Shown: positions 1-8,656 of the stretch, piece after piece
How the letters are laid out: each line of letters opens with the position of its first letter
Numbering within the stretch: the first letter of the stretch is position 1
Virus record (IMG/VR): IMGVR_UViG_2684623081_000001
Reading direction: 5' to 3' (one strand)
DNA length: 10,678 bases
From: a virus
Lineage: Duplodnaviria; Heunggongvirae; Uroviricota; Caudoviricetes
Translations under genes and position numbers: made by a program
Notes under the pieces: generated by a model
What the model was told of the DNA's origin: nothing
Database searches by the model: none
What the model saw: only the letters and a program-made list of their open reading frames with translations

Positions 1-201
1 TTACCCATTGGCGCGGCTTAAGAGCTTATTTTTGAATTCACAATGGTCACGATATAACCATCTTGCTCGCCCGTGGATAACTTTGGCTTTTGGCAGGTCG
101 CCTGACTTAATCCGGTCATAGATGAAGGTTTTACCAAAGCCAGTATCAGCCATGATGAATTTCAAATCAACCAGTGAATCAGGCTGTAGTTCGTGTTGCA
201 T
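1..201 (-). CDS. torI: AlpA/Xis-family excisionase (recombination directionality factor), TorI-like, 66 aa
   Basis: 66-aa ORF whose sequence (MQHELQPDSLVDLKFIMADTGFGKTF...) I recognise as a small AlpA-type HTH protein matching TorI in size and sequence. SD-like GGAG about 9 nt upstream of the ATG at 199-201. Window starts exactly at its stop codon. Confidence 0.65.
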   Translation of the reverse strand: MQHELQPDSLVDLKFIMADTGFGKTFIYDRIKSGDLPKAKVIHGRARWLYRDHCEFKNKLLSRANG

Positions 202-332
202 GAGTGCTATCTCCGAATAGGGAATCGAACCTGCAAATCAGGTAATAAAAATACGCTCTATGACGGCGATGGTAGATCAGGATATTTTAAGAAACTGACA
301 GGCCTCATCGAGTGTGAGGCTGTATGGCTCTA

Positions 333-638
333 TTATTTCACCTCTTGTTGTGACATTGTTGAAAAATGGATACCAGCTCGTTGCTGCCAGATGATCCAAC
401 CGAGAGTCATATCCCATGCCATGTATTCGTTATCGCCGTTTTTTGCTCTCCGACGATCTACTAAGTCACCGAAACGCTTTTCCATGAATAATTCATAGGC
501 TTCGCGTTCATCTGGCTCTACTTCCAGAGATACGAGTGCGATTTCATAAGCACGGCGCTCAATATCGTCTCGAACCTCTAGGCTGCTGATTCGTTCTTTG
601 ATTTCTTTAATCAGTTCTTTATTGGTAAATGTGGTCAT
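333..638 (-). CDS. yfdT: Hypothetical prophage protein, 101 aa
   Basis: Intact ORF whose length and position match yfdT of KplE1 by synteny. Start overlaps the stop of the upstream gene (TAATG). Sequence itself not recognised. Confidence 0.5.
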   Translation of the reverse strand: MTTFTNKELIKEIKERISSLEVRDDIERRAYEIALVSLEVEPDEREAYELFMEKRFGDLVDRRRAKNGDNEYMAWDMTLGWIIWQQRAGIHFSTMSQQEVK

Positions 639-1000
639 TATGCTCCAGCCTCCGGTGCTTTTGGCATTACTGCCCAGTGAGTGATATTGACGTTTTCAAG
701 GTCCCCAACCTGAAATGTCCACTGCCATTCTCCGGTTTCTTTTTGTCCCCAGGTGTACCAGAGAGAACGCCAGCCAATCAGCCAGCCTTCTCCGTTAGCA
801 TCAAATAACAGAACACTTTCATTTGCTGGTGGCAGTTCAGCTGACACTGGTATTATTTTGTTTTCCAGTGCCGCACATTTAGCTTCAAGCGCGTCGAATT
901 TACGTACCAGGTACTCAGCATTTGTTTCGTTCACTTTCAGATCTCGCGGTACACATTTCCCGCGAAGAAACCCTTCCATTTCGAAAACATTCATGCGCAT
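638..1000 (-). CDS. yfdS: Hypothetical prophage protein, 120 aa
   Basis: Intact ORF, length and position consistent with yfdS. Overlaps the 3' end of the upstream yfdR-like gene by 10 nt, suggesting an operon. Confidence 0.5.
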   Translation of the reverse strand: MRMNVFEMEGFLRGKCVPRDLKVNETNAEYLVRKFDALEAKCAALENKIIPVSAELPPANESVLLFDANGEGWLIGWRSLWYTWGQKETGEWQWTFQVGDLENVNITHWAVMPKAPEAGA

Positions 1001-1527
1001 TTGCGTAACTCCGATAAATCGTTAAAACGTTCCATAAACATCCCGTAGGCATGACCCGGTGCCAGTGGAATCACGTTGAACATCTCTGTTGCCGGGATGC
1101 CTTCCAGTACAGGCCAGAAAGAGCCATCATCAAGCCCGAGATCACGGCGTTCGGTTGCCAGCATAATGAGATCGGCATATTTCACTGGCGTGCTCATAAC
1201 AGGAGGTAACCCGTATTTCTCACGGATTACTGCATCTATTTTTTCTTCCATCCGTTTATAGTCAGGAAGAAGGCGTTTCAGTGGTGCGGGGATGTCCTGG
1301 CAATACGCTTCTGTTGCATCATGCATTAATGCTTCAAAAGCAAATTCCTGCGGCACCAGCTGGCTGCAAAGCACCGCATGTTGGGCGACACTGTAGAAGT
1401 GAGAAAGATGACCGGCAAAGCGGCAGATATTTGAAAGGGAAACCGCGATATCGTTAATCACGATGTCGTCTTTATTTATCTTGTCATAATAAAAATGCTT
1501 CCCGGAAAAAGTTTTAATAAATGACAT
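991..1527 (-). CDS. yfdR: HD-domain phosphohydrolase, YfbR-like 5'-deoxynucleotidase, 178 aa
   Basis: His and His-Asp motifs with HD-superfamily spacing (FYSVAQHAV ... LMHDATEAY ... ERRDLGLDD). Start chosen at the internal ATG 1525-1527, which has GGAG 8 nt upstream and gives 178 aa; the ORF track's longer 187-aa start lacks an RBS. Confidence 0.7.
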   Translation of the reverse strand: MSFIKTFSGKHFYYDKINKDDIVINDIAVSLSNICRFAGHLSHFYSVAQHAVLCSQLVPQEFAFEALMHDATEAYCQDIPAPLKRLLPDYKRMEEKIDAVIREKYGLPPVMSTPVKYADLIMLATERRDLGLDDGSFWPVLEGIPATEMFNVIPLAPGHAYGMFMERFNDLSELRKCA

Positions 1528-1620
1528 TTTGTTCTCCACGTATATGCGCTGCACCGCGCTGAGTTTGGGTAAAAGGAAGCCCTCACCATCCGGTGATTAT
1601 TGAGTTAATTACGTTTCCAT

Positions 1621-1642
1621 AAATGCCCCCGCAGGGGCATTT
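1621..1642 (-). terminator. Candidate hairpin between yfdQ and yfdR (9-bp stem AAATGCCCC / GGGGCATTT, 4-nt loop)
   Basis: Perfect inverted repeat read directly from the sequence, about 12 nt downstream of the yfdQ stop on the minus strand. The following tract is only partly U-rich. Confidence 0.3.
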
Positions 1643-1654
1643 GCAGTAATGAAA

Positions 1655-2479
1655 TCAGGCGGTGAAAGTACCAATAAAGGTTTCTACTTTGCTGTCTTTG
1701 AATTTCTCAACAAGCAGATCACGAAATTCGTTAGCCATATCTTCCTGCACCGCTTCCAGCTGAATAATGCGCAGAACCAGTACAGGACGATCGCCAGTGA
1801 TAATGCTGAGGCGTAATTTAAACGGACGTTCTTTCAGACCTTCAAACGGAACGCATTTAAATTCAAATGCCACTGGCATAATGTCTTTGGTCTTCGCTTC
1901 GACAGATTCCATCAGGGAGCGTTTGCCGCTGAAGTCATTATCTTCAAAATCAGCGGTCTGGTTTGCTTCAATCGTGATTTTACGGATTGCCGCAGCCGCT
2001 TTTGTTGCCTGAATGGCGTCACCATTAGCATCAAAGCCCACAAGGTAGTCGGCCCAGTCTTCAATCCATTCTGCCAGTGATTTCTGGGAGTTACGCTCGC
2101 CGTTAACAGACAACAGGGCAGAGAACGGTGCTGTCTTTTTCAGTTTGAGAGTGGCGGTGTTATCTGCGTGACCTGGTTCATCAATAGTACCCAGGTTAAG
2201 CACACTGACGGCACGCATATTATCAGCATCGATAAAGCAGCGGGTGCCTTCATCTGCAAGATCTTTAGAATAACGGGTAAAGTCATCGATGCTGGCAGTG
2301 GAAAGCGCACCACGGAAACGGAAGCGATTTAAATTAAATTTTTCCAGATCATGAATGCGGAAATTCTCAGGCAATGCCACAGCATCGGCACCAATCTTAC
2401 TGATAATTTCATTAACACCCTGAGCAGAAATAAGGGCATGGATTTGATTAATTGCGGTTGCGTCTAAGTTCTGAGACAT
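1655..2479 (-). CDS. yfdQ: Hypothetical prophage protein, 274 aa
   Basis: Long intact ORF with GAGGA 7 nt upstream of the ATG at 2477-2479. Length and position match yfdQ by synteny. Confidence 0.55.
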
Positions 2480-2544
2480 AATAAGTCCTCACTATATTAA
2501 GATATTCAGTGATGAGATAAATAATTAGTTAATTAAGAATGATA

Positions 2545-2907
2545 TTAATGACCTGCTGCGCGGAGTTTTCCGTCAGGCTCACCGGCAAGAGTCAGTAATT
2601 GTCCCTGGTCTTCCTGCAGAATAGTCAGGCGACCACCGCGATTGACATACATCGGCGTTTCGGTGGTGTCTTCTTCGGAAATTTTCCCACGGTTAGTCGG
2701 GCGAACATATGAGAGTTTGTGTTTGATTTTCAGACGGTTCTCATCAAATGGTTCGATTTCCAGGTTGAGTGAGACCTTACCTTTGGTTTTCGTGTTCATC
2801 ACACCGGAAGCGACTTCACTGAGAACTGCGCCGATTTTGGTTTCAAATACGCCGCCGTCCAGCTCCCCGATAAATGCCTGCACATCAGTACTGCGTTCGC
2901 TAGCCAT
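2545..2907 (-). CDS. yfdP: Hypothetical prophage protein, 120 aa; first gene of the leftward block
   Basis: Start placed at the ATG 2905-2907 (MASERSTDV...), which has GAGGAG 7-8 nt upstream; the ORF track's 148-aa upstream start has no RBS. 120 aa matches yfdP. Confidence 0.55.
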   Translation of the reverse strand: MASERSTDVQAFIGELDGGVFETKIGAVLSEVASGVMNTKTKGKVSLNLEIEPFDENRLKIKHKLSYVRPTNRGKISEEDTTETPMYVNRGGRLTILQEDQGQLLTLAGEPDGKLRAAGH

Positions 2908-2993
2908 TTTGCTGCTCCTCATCATAACCGCAATGCGTCGAATGTTTATCAGCTTAACGTTGCGAAGCTTCAGGCAGCGGCATTTTCTCAACT

Positions 2994-3068
2994 GTCAGAC
3001 TCTGACCCGTCAAAATCTGACGCATCAAAATCTGACCCGTCAAAATTTGATGCGTCGAAATCTGGCAA
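2994..3068. repeat. Five tandem 15-bp iteron-like direct repeats (consensus GTCAAAATCTGACCC), each with internal GTCA-N5-TGAC dyad symmetry; degenerate copies continue to about 3145
   Basis: Units at 2994-3008, 3009-3023, 3024-3038, 3039-3053 and 3054-3068 read directly from the sequence. Further CCGTCAG-containing copies at 3084-3101, 3105-3119 and 3128-3145. Confidence 0.8.
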
Positions 3069-3264
3069 AAAATCGGGTTTTCACCCGTCAGAATCTGGCG
3101 GGGATCCGTCAGTAAAATCAAAACATGATCCGTCAGATAAAAAACCTTCTCGTCCGGACGCTTCGCAACCGGACACGCAGACGGATGAACAGGATTTTTT
3201 AACTCGCCATCCTGATGCGGTTGTATTCAGCCCTAAAAAGCGCCAGTGGGGAACGCAGGATGAT

Positions 3265-3633
3265 TTGACCTGCGCACAGTGGCTCTGGAAAAAAATCATC
3301 GCCCTGTACGAGCAGGCCGCCGAATGTGACGGCGAGGTGGTTCGTCCCAAAGAACCGAACTGGACAGCCTGGGCAAACGAAATTCGCCTGATGTGTGTGC
3401 AGGATGGTCGTACTCACAAACAAATCTGCGAGATGTACAGCCGCGTCAGCCGCGATCCGTTCTGGTGCCGTAACGTGCTCAGCCCGTCGAAGCTGCGGGA
3501 AAAATGGGATGAGCTTTCCCTGCGCTTATCGCCGTCCGTCAGCACGTACACAGAAAAACGCGAAGACCCGTACTTCAAAGCCAGTTACGACAATGTGGAC
3601 TACAGCCAGATCCCGGCAGGATTCAGGGGGTGA
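3265..3633 (+). CDS. yfdO: C-terminal fragment of a lambda O-like replication initiator (TTG start as drawn, 122 aa); probably a 5'-truncated gene
   Basis: The frame is open without any ATG/GTG/TTG from the stop at 2770-2772 to 3265 and reads through the iterons as a Ser/Asp/Pro/Lys-rich linker, as expected for an origin embedded in an initiator gene. Length matches yfdO, which I recall being annotated as a defective O-family protein. Confidence 0.55.
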   Translation: MTCAQWLWKKIIALYEQAAECDGEVVRPKEPNWTAWANEIRLMCVQDGRTHKQICEMYSRVSRDPFWCRNVLSPSKLREKWDELSLRLSPSVSTYTEKREDPYFKASYDNVDYSQIPAGFRG

Positions 3634-4124
3634 GCATGAGTCTTTTGAATGACGTTCAGAAATTCATTGAAGCCCATCCGGGCTGTACTTCCGGAGACAT
3701 TGCGGATGCTTTTGCAGGTTACTCACGGCAGCGCGTTCTGCAGTCAGCAAGCAAGTTACGTCAGAGTGGGCGTGTGGCTCACCGTTGTGAAGGAGATACA
3801 CACAGACATTTCCCGCGCCTGACTGAGAGAGCGCAGGATCCGGAACCACAACCAGTTCGTGAAACCAGACCTGTGCGCAATTTCTATGTCGGCACTAACG
3901 ACCCGCGGGTGATTTTGTGCCTGACCCGCCAGGCGGAAGAACTGGAGTCCAGGGGCTTATACCGTCGTGCTGCAACGGTGTGGATGGCGGCATTCCGTGA
4001 AAGCCACTCCCAGCCAGAACGAAACAATTTTCTGGCGCGTCGTGAACGGTGTTTACGGAAAAGCAGTAAGCGGGCTGCATCAGGTGAAGAGTGGTATCTC
4101 TCAGGGAATTACGTGGGGGCTTAA
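3630..4124 (+). CDS. yfdN: Hypothetical prophage protein, 164 aa from GTG 3630 (162 aa from ATG 3636)
   Basis: Intact ORF. AGGGGG lies 6 nt upstream of ATG 3636, so that may be the true start. The GTG start overlaps the yfdO stop (GTGA). Confidence 0.55.
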   Translation: MSMSLLNDVQKFIEAHPGCTSGDIADAFAGYSRQRVLQSASKLRQSGRVAHRCEGDTHRHFPRLTERAQDPEPQPVRETRPVRNFYVGTNDPRVILCLTRQAEELESRGLYRRAATVWMAAFRESHSQPERNNFLARRERCLRKSSKRAASGEEWYLSGNYVGA

Positions 4125-4399
4125 TGAGTAATAAATATTGCCAGGCGCTGGTGGAGCTGCGGAACAAACCAGCCCATGAACTGAAGGAAGTGGGCGATCA
4201 GTGGCGCACGCCGGACAACATTTTCTGGGGAATTAACACCCTGTTTGGCCCGTTTGTTCTGGATCTGTTTACTGATGGTGATAACGCCAAATGTGCCGCG
4301 TATTACACTGCGGAAGACAACGCGCTGGCGCATGACTGGTCAGAACGTCTTGCGGAGCTTAAAGGTGCTGCCTTTGGTAATCCCCCGTACCCGTGGTAA
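4124..4399 (+). pseudogene. yfdM: N-terminal fragment of a phage DNA N6-adenine methyltransferase, truncated just after the catalytic NPPY motif (91 aa)
   Basis: Sequence [10 protein letters not shown]...[27 protein letters not shown]...GNPPYPW followed by a stop. Phage Dam-type enzymes normally continue well beyond NPPY. ATG overlaps the yfdN stop (TAATG). Confidence 0.6.
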
Positions 4400-4448
4400 C
4401 CCCCAGACCGGCACGCCTGCCACCGATCTGGATGATGACTACTTTGAC

Positions 4449-4967
4449 ATGTTGCAGGAGGAGCTTTGCAGCGTTGTGGAGGCCTCCGGTGCCAGCCTGG
4501 AGAAGGGGCGGCATGACCAGCTGCTTACCGCGCTTCGTGCGCTGCTGTTAAGCCGCAAGAATCCGTTTGGCGATATCAAATTGGACGGCACGGTGCAAAA
4601 GGCTCTCGAAAACCTTGGTTTGGGAGAAGCGGCTAAAAGAAATGTAGGGACAGGGGCGAATCAGATACCTGATATGGGTAGTTTTATGCTTTCTGCTTCA
4701 GTTCCTGGATATCAAAAATTGCCATCCGGTTTAATTATTCAATGGGGGCCAATTGATGTTCCGCTGACGTCTCAGGACACAGTAACCTATTTTCCGATTG
4801 CATTTCCGAATAGATGTCTGCGGGTATTTGCGACTCAGGATTACACTCCCGGCAGTGCAAATGTTGGCTATATAGCTTGTGCCGGTTATAACCAGGACCC
4901 GGTGAAATTTATTTCCAGAGCAGGCGTACCCGGTATCGGTGCTTCATTTTTCGCATTAGGGTGTTAA
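4449..4967 (+). pseudogene. yfdL: C-terminal fragment of a phage side tail-fibre protein, 172 aa from an internal ATG
   Basis: Tail-fibre C-terminal-like sequence begins within a few codons of the methyltransferase truncation point. No upstream tail-fibre shaft or baseplate genes. The ORF track's 240-aa version starts inside yfdM in another frame and is an overlap artefact. Confidence 0.55.
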
Positions 4968-4993
4968 TTTCTTTTAACTTTATGGAGTGAAAA

Positions 4994-5434
4994 ATGAATT
5001 ACATATATTCCGCGACTACAAACTCTTTCTATCCCTTGGAGATGAAAGAGGATTACACGCAAGCTGGCTCATGGCCAGATGATGCTGTTGAAGTTGATGA
5101 GCAAGTGTATATTGAGTTTTCCGGATTACCGCCGAAAGGAAAAATCCGTATCGCTGGAGAAAATGGTTTTCCTGCATGGTCTGAAATTCCACCACCAACA
5201 CATGAGGAACAGATTGCTGCAGCCGAACTGAAAAAGCAGCAATTGATTAATCAGGCCAACGATTATATGAACAGTAAACAATGGGCTGGTAAAGCGGCTA
5301 TTGGTCGTCTGAAAGGTGAGGAACTGGCGCAATATAATTTGTGGCTGGATTATCTGGACGCACTGGAGCTGGTCGATACTTCCAGTGCGCCAGATATTGA
5401 ATGGCCTACTCCTCCGGCAGTTCAGGCCAGATGA
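4994..5434 (+). CDS. yfdK: Tail-fibre assembly protein (Tfa family), 146 aa
   Basis: C-terminal DTSSAPDIEWPTPP motif characteristic of lambda Tfa-like chaperones. GGAGTG 6 nt upstream of the ATG. Confidence 0.7.
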   Translation: MNYIYSATTNSFYPLEMKEDYTQAGSWPDDAVEVDEQVYIEFSGLPPKGKIRIAGENGFPAWSEIPPPTHEEQIAAAELKKQQLINQANDYMNSKQWAGKAAIGRLKGEELAQYNLWLDYLDALELVDTSSAPDIEWPTPPAVQAR

Positions 5435-5750
5435 CATCCGGCGCGGTGCTGGTATCTGTTGCCGTCACCGCGTCAATGTAATCCAGCACAGTGTTAAGTC
5501 GGGAGGTCTCTGCCTGCATCAGCTTCCGCCCAGCCTGTAATTTCAGTTGAATCAGACTAATGGAAGCCATTGCAGTATCAATCAGCGACTGGCGCTGTGC
5601 TTCTGCTGCATCTACTGCGACGCTATGCTGTGCCTCGGTATCCGTCACCCATTTCTCACCATCCCATTTATCGTATGGCGTTAATGGGGCGATAGTCGCG
5701 GGACGCATACAAACATAACCCCTGGATGTTATGTGTCTATCGAGAATCAA
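5406..5750 (-). pseudogene. tfaS: Tail-fibre assembly protein fragment (C-terminal half only), convergent with and overlapping yfdK
   Basis: Aligns by eye to the C-terminal half of lambda Tfa (YDKWDGEKWVTDTEAQ ... DTSTAPDVIWPELP). N-terminal half absent; ORF as drawn starts at TTG. Confidence 0.6.
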
Positions 5751-6018
5751 AGTGGAAGTCCTTATGTTAAGTATAAGACAGGAATCACTTATAACGATAA
5801 TCAGTTAGTATATGTATCTATCACTGTTGATGATAATATCAGCACTTGGTTCTGGAGGGGGTTTGTTGTGGGCAATGATGCATTTAAGTTATCGTCTGCA
5901 GATAGAGGAGATATTACAATAAACAACGAATCAGGGCATTTGATAGTCAATACCGCAATTCTATCAGGAGATATAGTCACTCTAAGAGGAGGAGAAATTA
6001 GGTTGGTATTATAGCTTG

Positions 6019-6040
6019 TGCGCGCCATGATTGGCGCGCA
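6019..6040 (-). terminator. GC-rich hairpin (9-bp stem TGCGCGCCA / TGGCGCGCA, loop TGAT) 9 nt downstream of the yfdI stop
   Basis: Perfect inverted repeat read from the sequence, sitting at the 3' end of the gtr operon. No clear U-tract on either strand, so terminator function is uncertain. Confidence 0.35.
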
Positions 6041-6048
6041 ATTTAAAC

Positions 6049-7380
6049 TTAGTGCTTTACATCGCTATTGTCTTGATTTCTTTGAATTATTTTATAAATT
6101 AAAAAAACGACTGTTATGTATAAGCAAAGGTCGAACGAAAAATACATTCCAAATAAATGCTTGCTTAAATCTCTATATCCTTCCCCGAAAAATGACACAT
6201 AAAATTGAGATATTCCAAAAAGAGATACTACAAATAAAGATGCCTTTATTTTATTATTTCTAATAAAAATAGAAGCAATAAAAAATAATAACAATGATAT
6301 AAATCTAATGTTTTTAAATATATTGTCTTTTATGTTAGTAATAGTCGTTAGTATGTTTGATTCTCCATATATTACGTGTAGTTTTTTATATACATGGAAA
6401 TAATTTTCTTTATACTGAGACATCACACCATCATCAAATGGAAGTTTGAAGATGGTGCTTGGTTTGCTAACCAATAAAAAGAGTGCATTCGAAAACGTTT
6501 CATCTTTATGAGATTCGAAACATTCCGTTCCAACTTCTGTTGGGGTTGCGCCAAATGATATGTCGAATTTATTACCCCAGGCATCTAACCCAACACACTT
6601 ATCATCAACATACGATGGCATTTTATACCCGTTGTTTTTCATATAAAGATAACTACCGAAGTATGTTGCATGGTACTTATTTAATTCAACAACACCTTTT
6701 GAATAAGATATTGCAAATATTGACGCAAGCAAGCACACCACGCATATTACAGATTTAATAATTAGTTTGTGTCTATCAAAAAAAATATAATATGAATACA
6801 CTATTAGTGGGGTTAATATAAATTGATTTTTAGCAGTAGATATTATTAGCAACGAAAAAAATAGCAAAAGCATAGATTTATTGTTTTTGCATGTTAATGA
6901 ATACACCAAAAATGGAAGGAAAATTATAACTATTTGCTCTTGATAGAATGATGCAAACATTGACAGTGTTGATGAAGAACACATAAGAAAAGCTAAAATA
7001 AAGAATGTAAATAAAGTTACATACCTTTCTGTTTTTATATATGAAGTAAATATCGCATATAATGAATAAATATATATTACTTTTAGAAATAACGATAACA
7101 CCCTAGCATCAAGATATTCAGTAAAAATGCTAATAAACAGGACGTATGTATACAAAATATAACTATATGAACTTATATACTCATAGCTATCAATTGAATC
7201 AATATGACCTTTCAATTTATACAATAAAGGTAAGTCATATGTAAATGCTGGTATGTCTTCAATTAATGGCTTAATGGCTCTTCCGAAATCAGATGTATTT
7301 AACATCATTATGTTTTTAGATAAGGCGCAAATAATCAAAACAAAAGATATATACAATGATACTTTTATTGCTTTATTCAT
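6049..7380 (-). CDS. yfdI: Polytopic membrane protein, putative serotype-specific O-antigen glucosyltransferase (GtrS-like), 443 aa
   Basis: Third gene of a gtrA-gtrB-gtrX arrangement. Very AT-rich and highly hydrophobic with many predicted transmembrane segments. Start overlaps the yfdH stop (ATGA). Size matches yfdI. Confidence 0.7.
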   Translation of the reverse strand: MNKAIKVSLYISFVLIICALSKNIMMLNTSDFGRAIKPLIEDIPAFTYDLPLLYKLKGHIDSIDSYEYISSYSYILYTYVLFISIFTEYLDARVLSLFLKVIYIYSLYAIFTSYIKTERYVTLFTFFILAFLMCSSSTLSMFASFYQEQIVIIFLPFLVYSLTCKNNKSMLLLFFSLLIISTAKNQFILTPLIVYSYYIFFDRHKLIIKSVICVVCLLASIFAISYSKGVVELNKYHATYFGSYLYMKNNGYKMPSYVDDKCVGLDAWGNKFDISFGATPTEVGTECFESHKDETFSNALFLLVSKPSTIFKLPFDDGVMSQYKENYFHVYKKLHVIYGESNILTTITNIKDNIFKNIRFISLLLFFIASIFIRNNKIKASLFVVSLFGISQFYVSFFGEGYRDLSKHLFGMYFSFDLCLYITVVFLIYKIIQRNQDNSDVKH

Positions 7381-8297
7381 TTTTTGACTCTCTTGATGAT
7401 GTATTTCGGGCGTTTTTTGGTTTCAATGTATGTGCGTCCAATATATTCACCTAATACTCCTATTCCAATCATCTGAATTCCACCTAAAAACAGTATTGAA
7501 ACAAGTAGTGAAGGATATCCCCTAACAGCATTTCCAAATATGATAGTATCTAAAATCATCCACGCCCCATAAATAAATGCTACACTGGCTACCACTAACC
7601 CTATGTATGTCCAGATGCGAAGAGGGAATGTGGAAAAGCTTGTAATACCCTCAAGTGCTAAATTCCAAAGTTTCCATCCATTAAATTTTGTATCTCCAGC
7701 AATTCTTTCCGCTCGCACGTATTCAACAATATCTGTCTTTCCTCCTACCCAGCTCAGAATACCTTTCATGAAAAGGTTTCGTTCTGGCATAAGTTTAATA
7801 TTTTCGACAACATCACGGCTCATCAGCCTGAAATCACCAACATTCTCTTCAATTTTAGGATTGCTTATTTTATTGTGGAGCTTATAGAACCACTCAGCCG
7901 TTTTTCGCTTCAGGCGTCCATCAGTTGAGCGGTCAGATCTTTTAGCAAGAACCATATCAGCACCTGCTTGCCATTTTTCAATAAGATGAGGAATAACCTC
8001 AATCGGGTCTTGCAGGTCAACATCAATTGGGATTATCGCATCCCCGGTTGCATGGTCTAACCCTGCAAACAATGCTGGTTCTTTACCAAAGTTGCGTGTA
8101 AATGACAGCGGAACAACTAGAGGATCTGAAACAGCCAGAGCATTAATGATTGACTCCGTAGCGTCTTTGCTGCCGTCATTTATGAAAACGATTTCCACTT
8201 CATATGACTTCAATTCTTCGAATTCACGTACCGTTTTATAAAAAATTGGTATCGCTTCTTCTTCATTGAAGACAGGAACTACAAGAGATATCTTCAT
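7377..8297 (-). CDS. yfdH: Bactoprenol glucosyltransferase (GT2 family, GtrB-like), 306 aa
   Basis: N-terminal GT2 signature ([26 protein letters not shown]) and C-terminal transmembrane segments. Start overlaps the yfdG stop (ATGA). Confidence 0.85.
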   Translation of the reverse strand: MKISLVVPVFNEEEAIPIFYKTVREFEELKSYEVEIVFINDGSKDATESIINALAVSDPLVVPLSFTRNFGKEPALFAGLDHATGDAIIPIDVDLQDPIEVIPHLIEKWQAGADMVLAKRSDRSTDGRLKRKTAEWFYKLHNKISNPKIEENVGDFRLMSRDVVENIKLMPERNLFMKGILSWVGGKTDIVEYVRAERIAGDTKFNGWKLWNLALEGITSFSTFPLRIWTYIGLVVASVAFIYGAWMILDTIIFGNAVRGYPSLLVSILFLGGIQMIGIGVLGEYIGRTYIETKKRPKYIIKRVKK

Positions 8298-8656
8298 TTC
8301 GCATCCCTAAAGACAATGAACTTTGAATAGACGAAACCGCACACCAGGCTGATGGCGGAGAAGGTGACAAGAGTTATCATCGGGGGAAGTGCGCATCTAT
8401 CAGCAGCCCATCCAACAGTAGCACTCAGTGTCCCCATGAACCCAACATATAGCATGTAGCGCATCGTTGTAGTCGATGCCTTGAATGTGAATTTTGCATT
8501 CGCGAAGAAGCTAAAGCTCACAGCCACAACGAAACCTGCGAAGTTTGCAAGAGCTTGGTTTGTATGCGCGACATAGATACAAACACCAAAAACCACCCAG
8601 TGTATAAGGGTGTTCAGCACACCAATAGAGGTGTACTTTGCAAATAGCTTTAACAT
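8294..8656 (-). CDS. yfdG: GtrA-like small membrane protein (bactoprenol-linked glucose flippase), 120 aa
   Basis: 120-aa hydrophobic protein with about four predicted transmembrane segments, first gene of the gtr operon. Confidence 0.8.
   Translation of the reverse strand: MLKLFAKYTSIGVLNTLIHWVVFGVCIYVAHTNQALANFAGFVVAVSFSFFANAKFTFKASTTTMRYMLYVGFMGTLSATVGWAADRCALPPMITLVTFSAISLVCGFVYSKFIVFRDAK

Noticed and set aside
202-332. A small ORF (ypdJ-like) between the excisionase gene and yfdT
   Set aside because: I expected a roughly 46-aa gene here from memory of the K-12 map, but the longest minus-strand ATG-initiated ORF is only 16 aa, so nothing is called.
193-2012. Plus-strand ORFs 193-498, 753-1025, 1076-1261 and 1767-2012
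   Set aside because: All lie antisense within stronger minus-strand genes with better RBS and coupling; typical shadow ORFs.
2642-3115. 157-aa plus-strand ORF with a repetitive C-terminus (QNLT repeats)
   Set aside because: Antisense shadow of yfdP in its first half; the repetitive tail is just the iterons read in the wrong frame.
2994-3145. Possible CRISPR array, given the short direct repeats
   Set aside because: Repeats are contiguous 15-bp units with no spacers, lie inside an open reading frame, and show iteron-type dyad symmetry; no cas genes are present.
4245-4448. N-terminal 68 codons of the 240-aa ORF reported by the ORF track
   Set aside because: This part overlaps the methyltransferase fragment in a different frame and translates to low-complexity sequence; the tail-fibre fragment is better started at ATG 4449.
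6018-6758. Plus-strand ORFs 6018-6263 and 6483-6758 within yfdI
   Set aside because: Antisense to the 443-aa membrane protein gene in very AT-rich sequence where stop codons are sparse on both strands.
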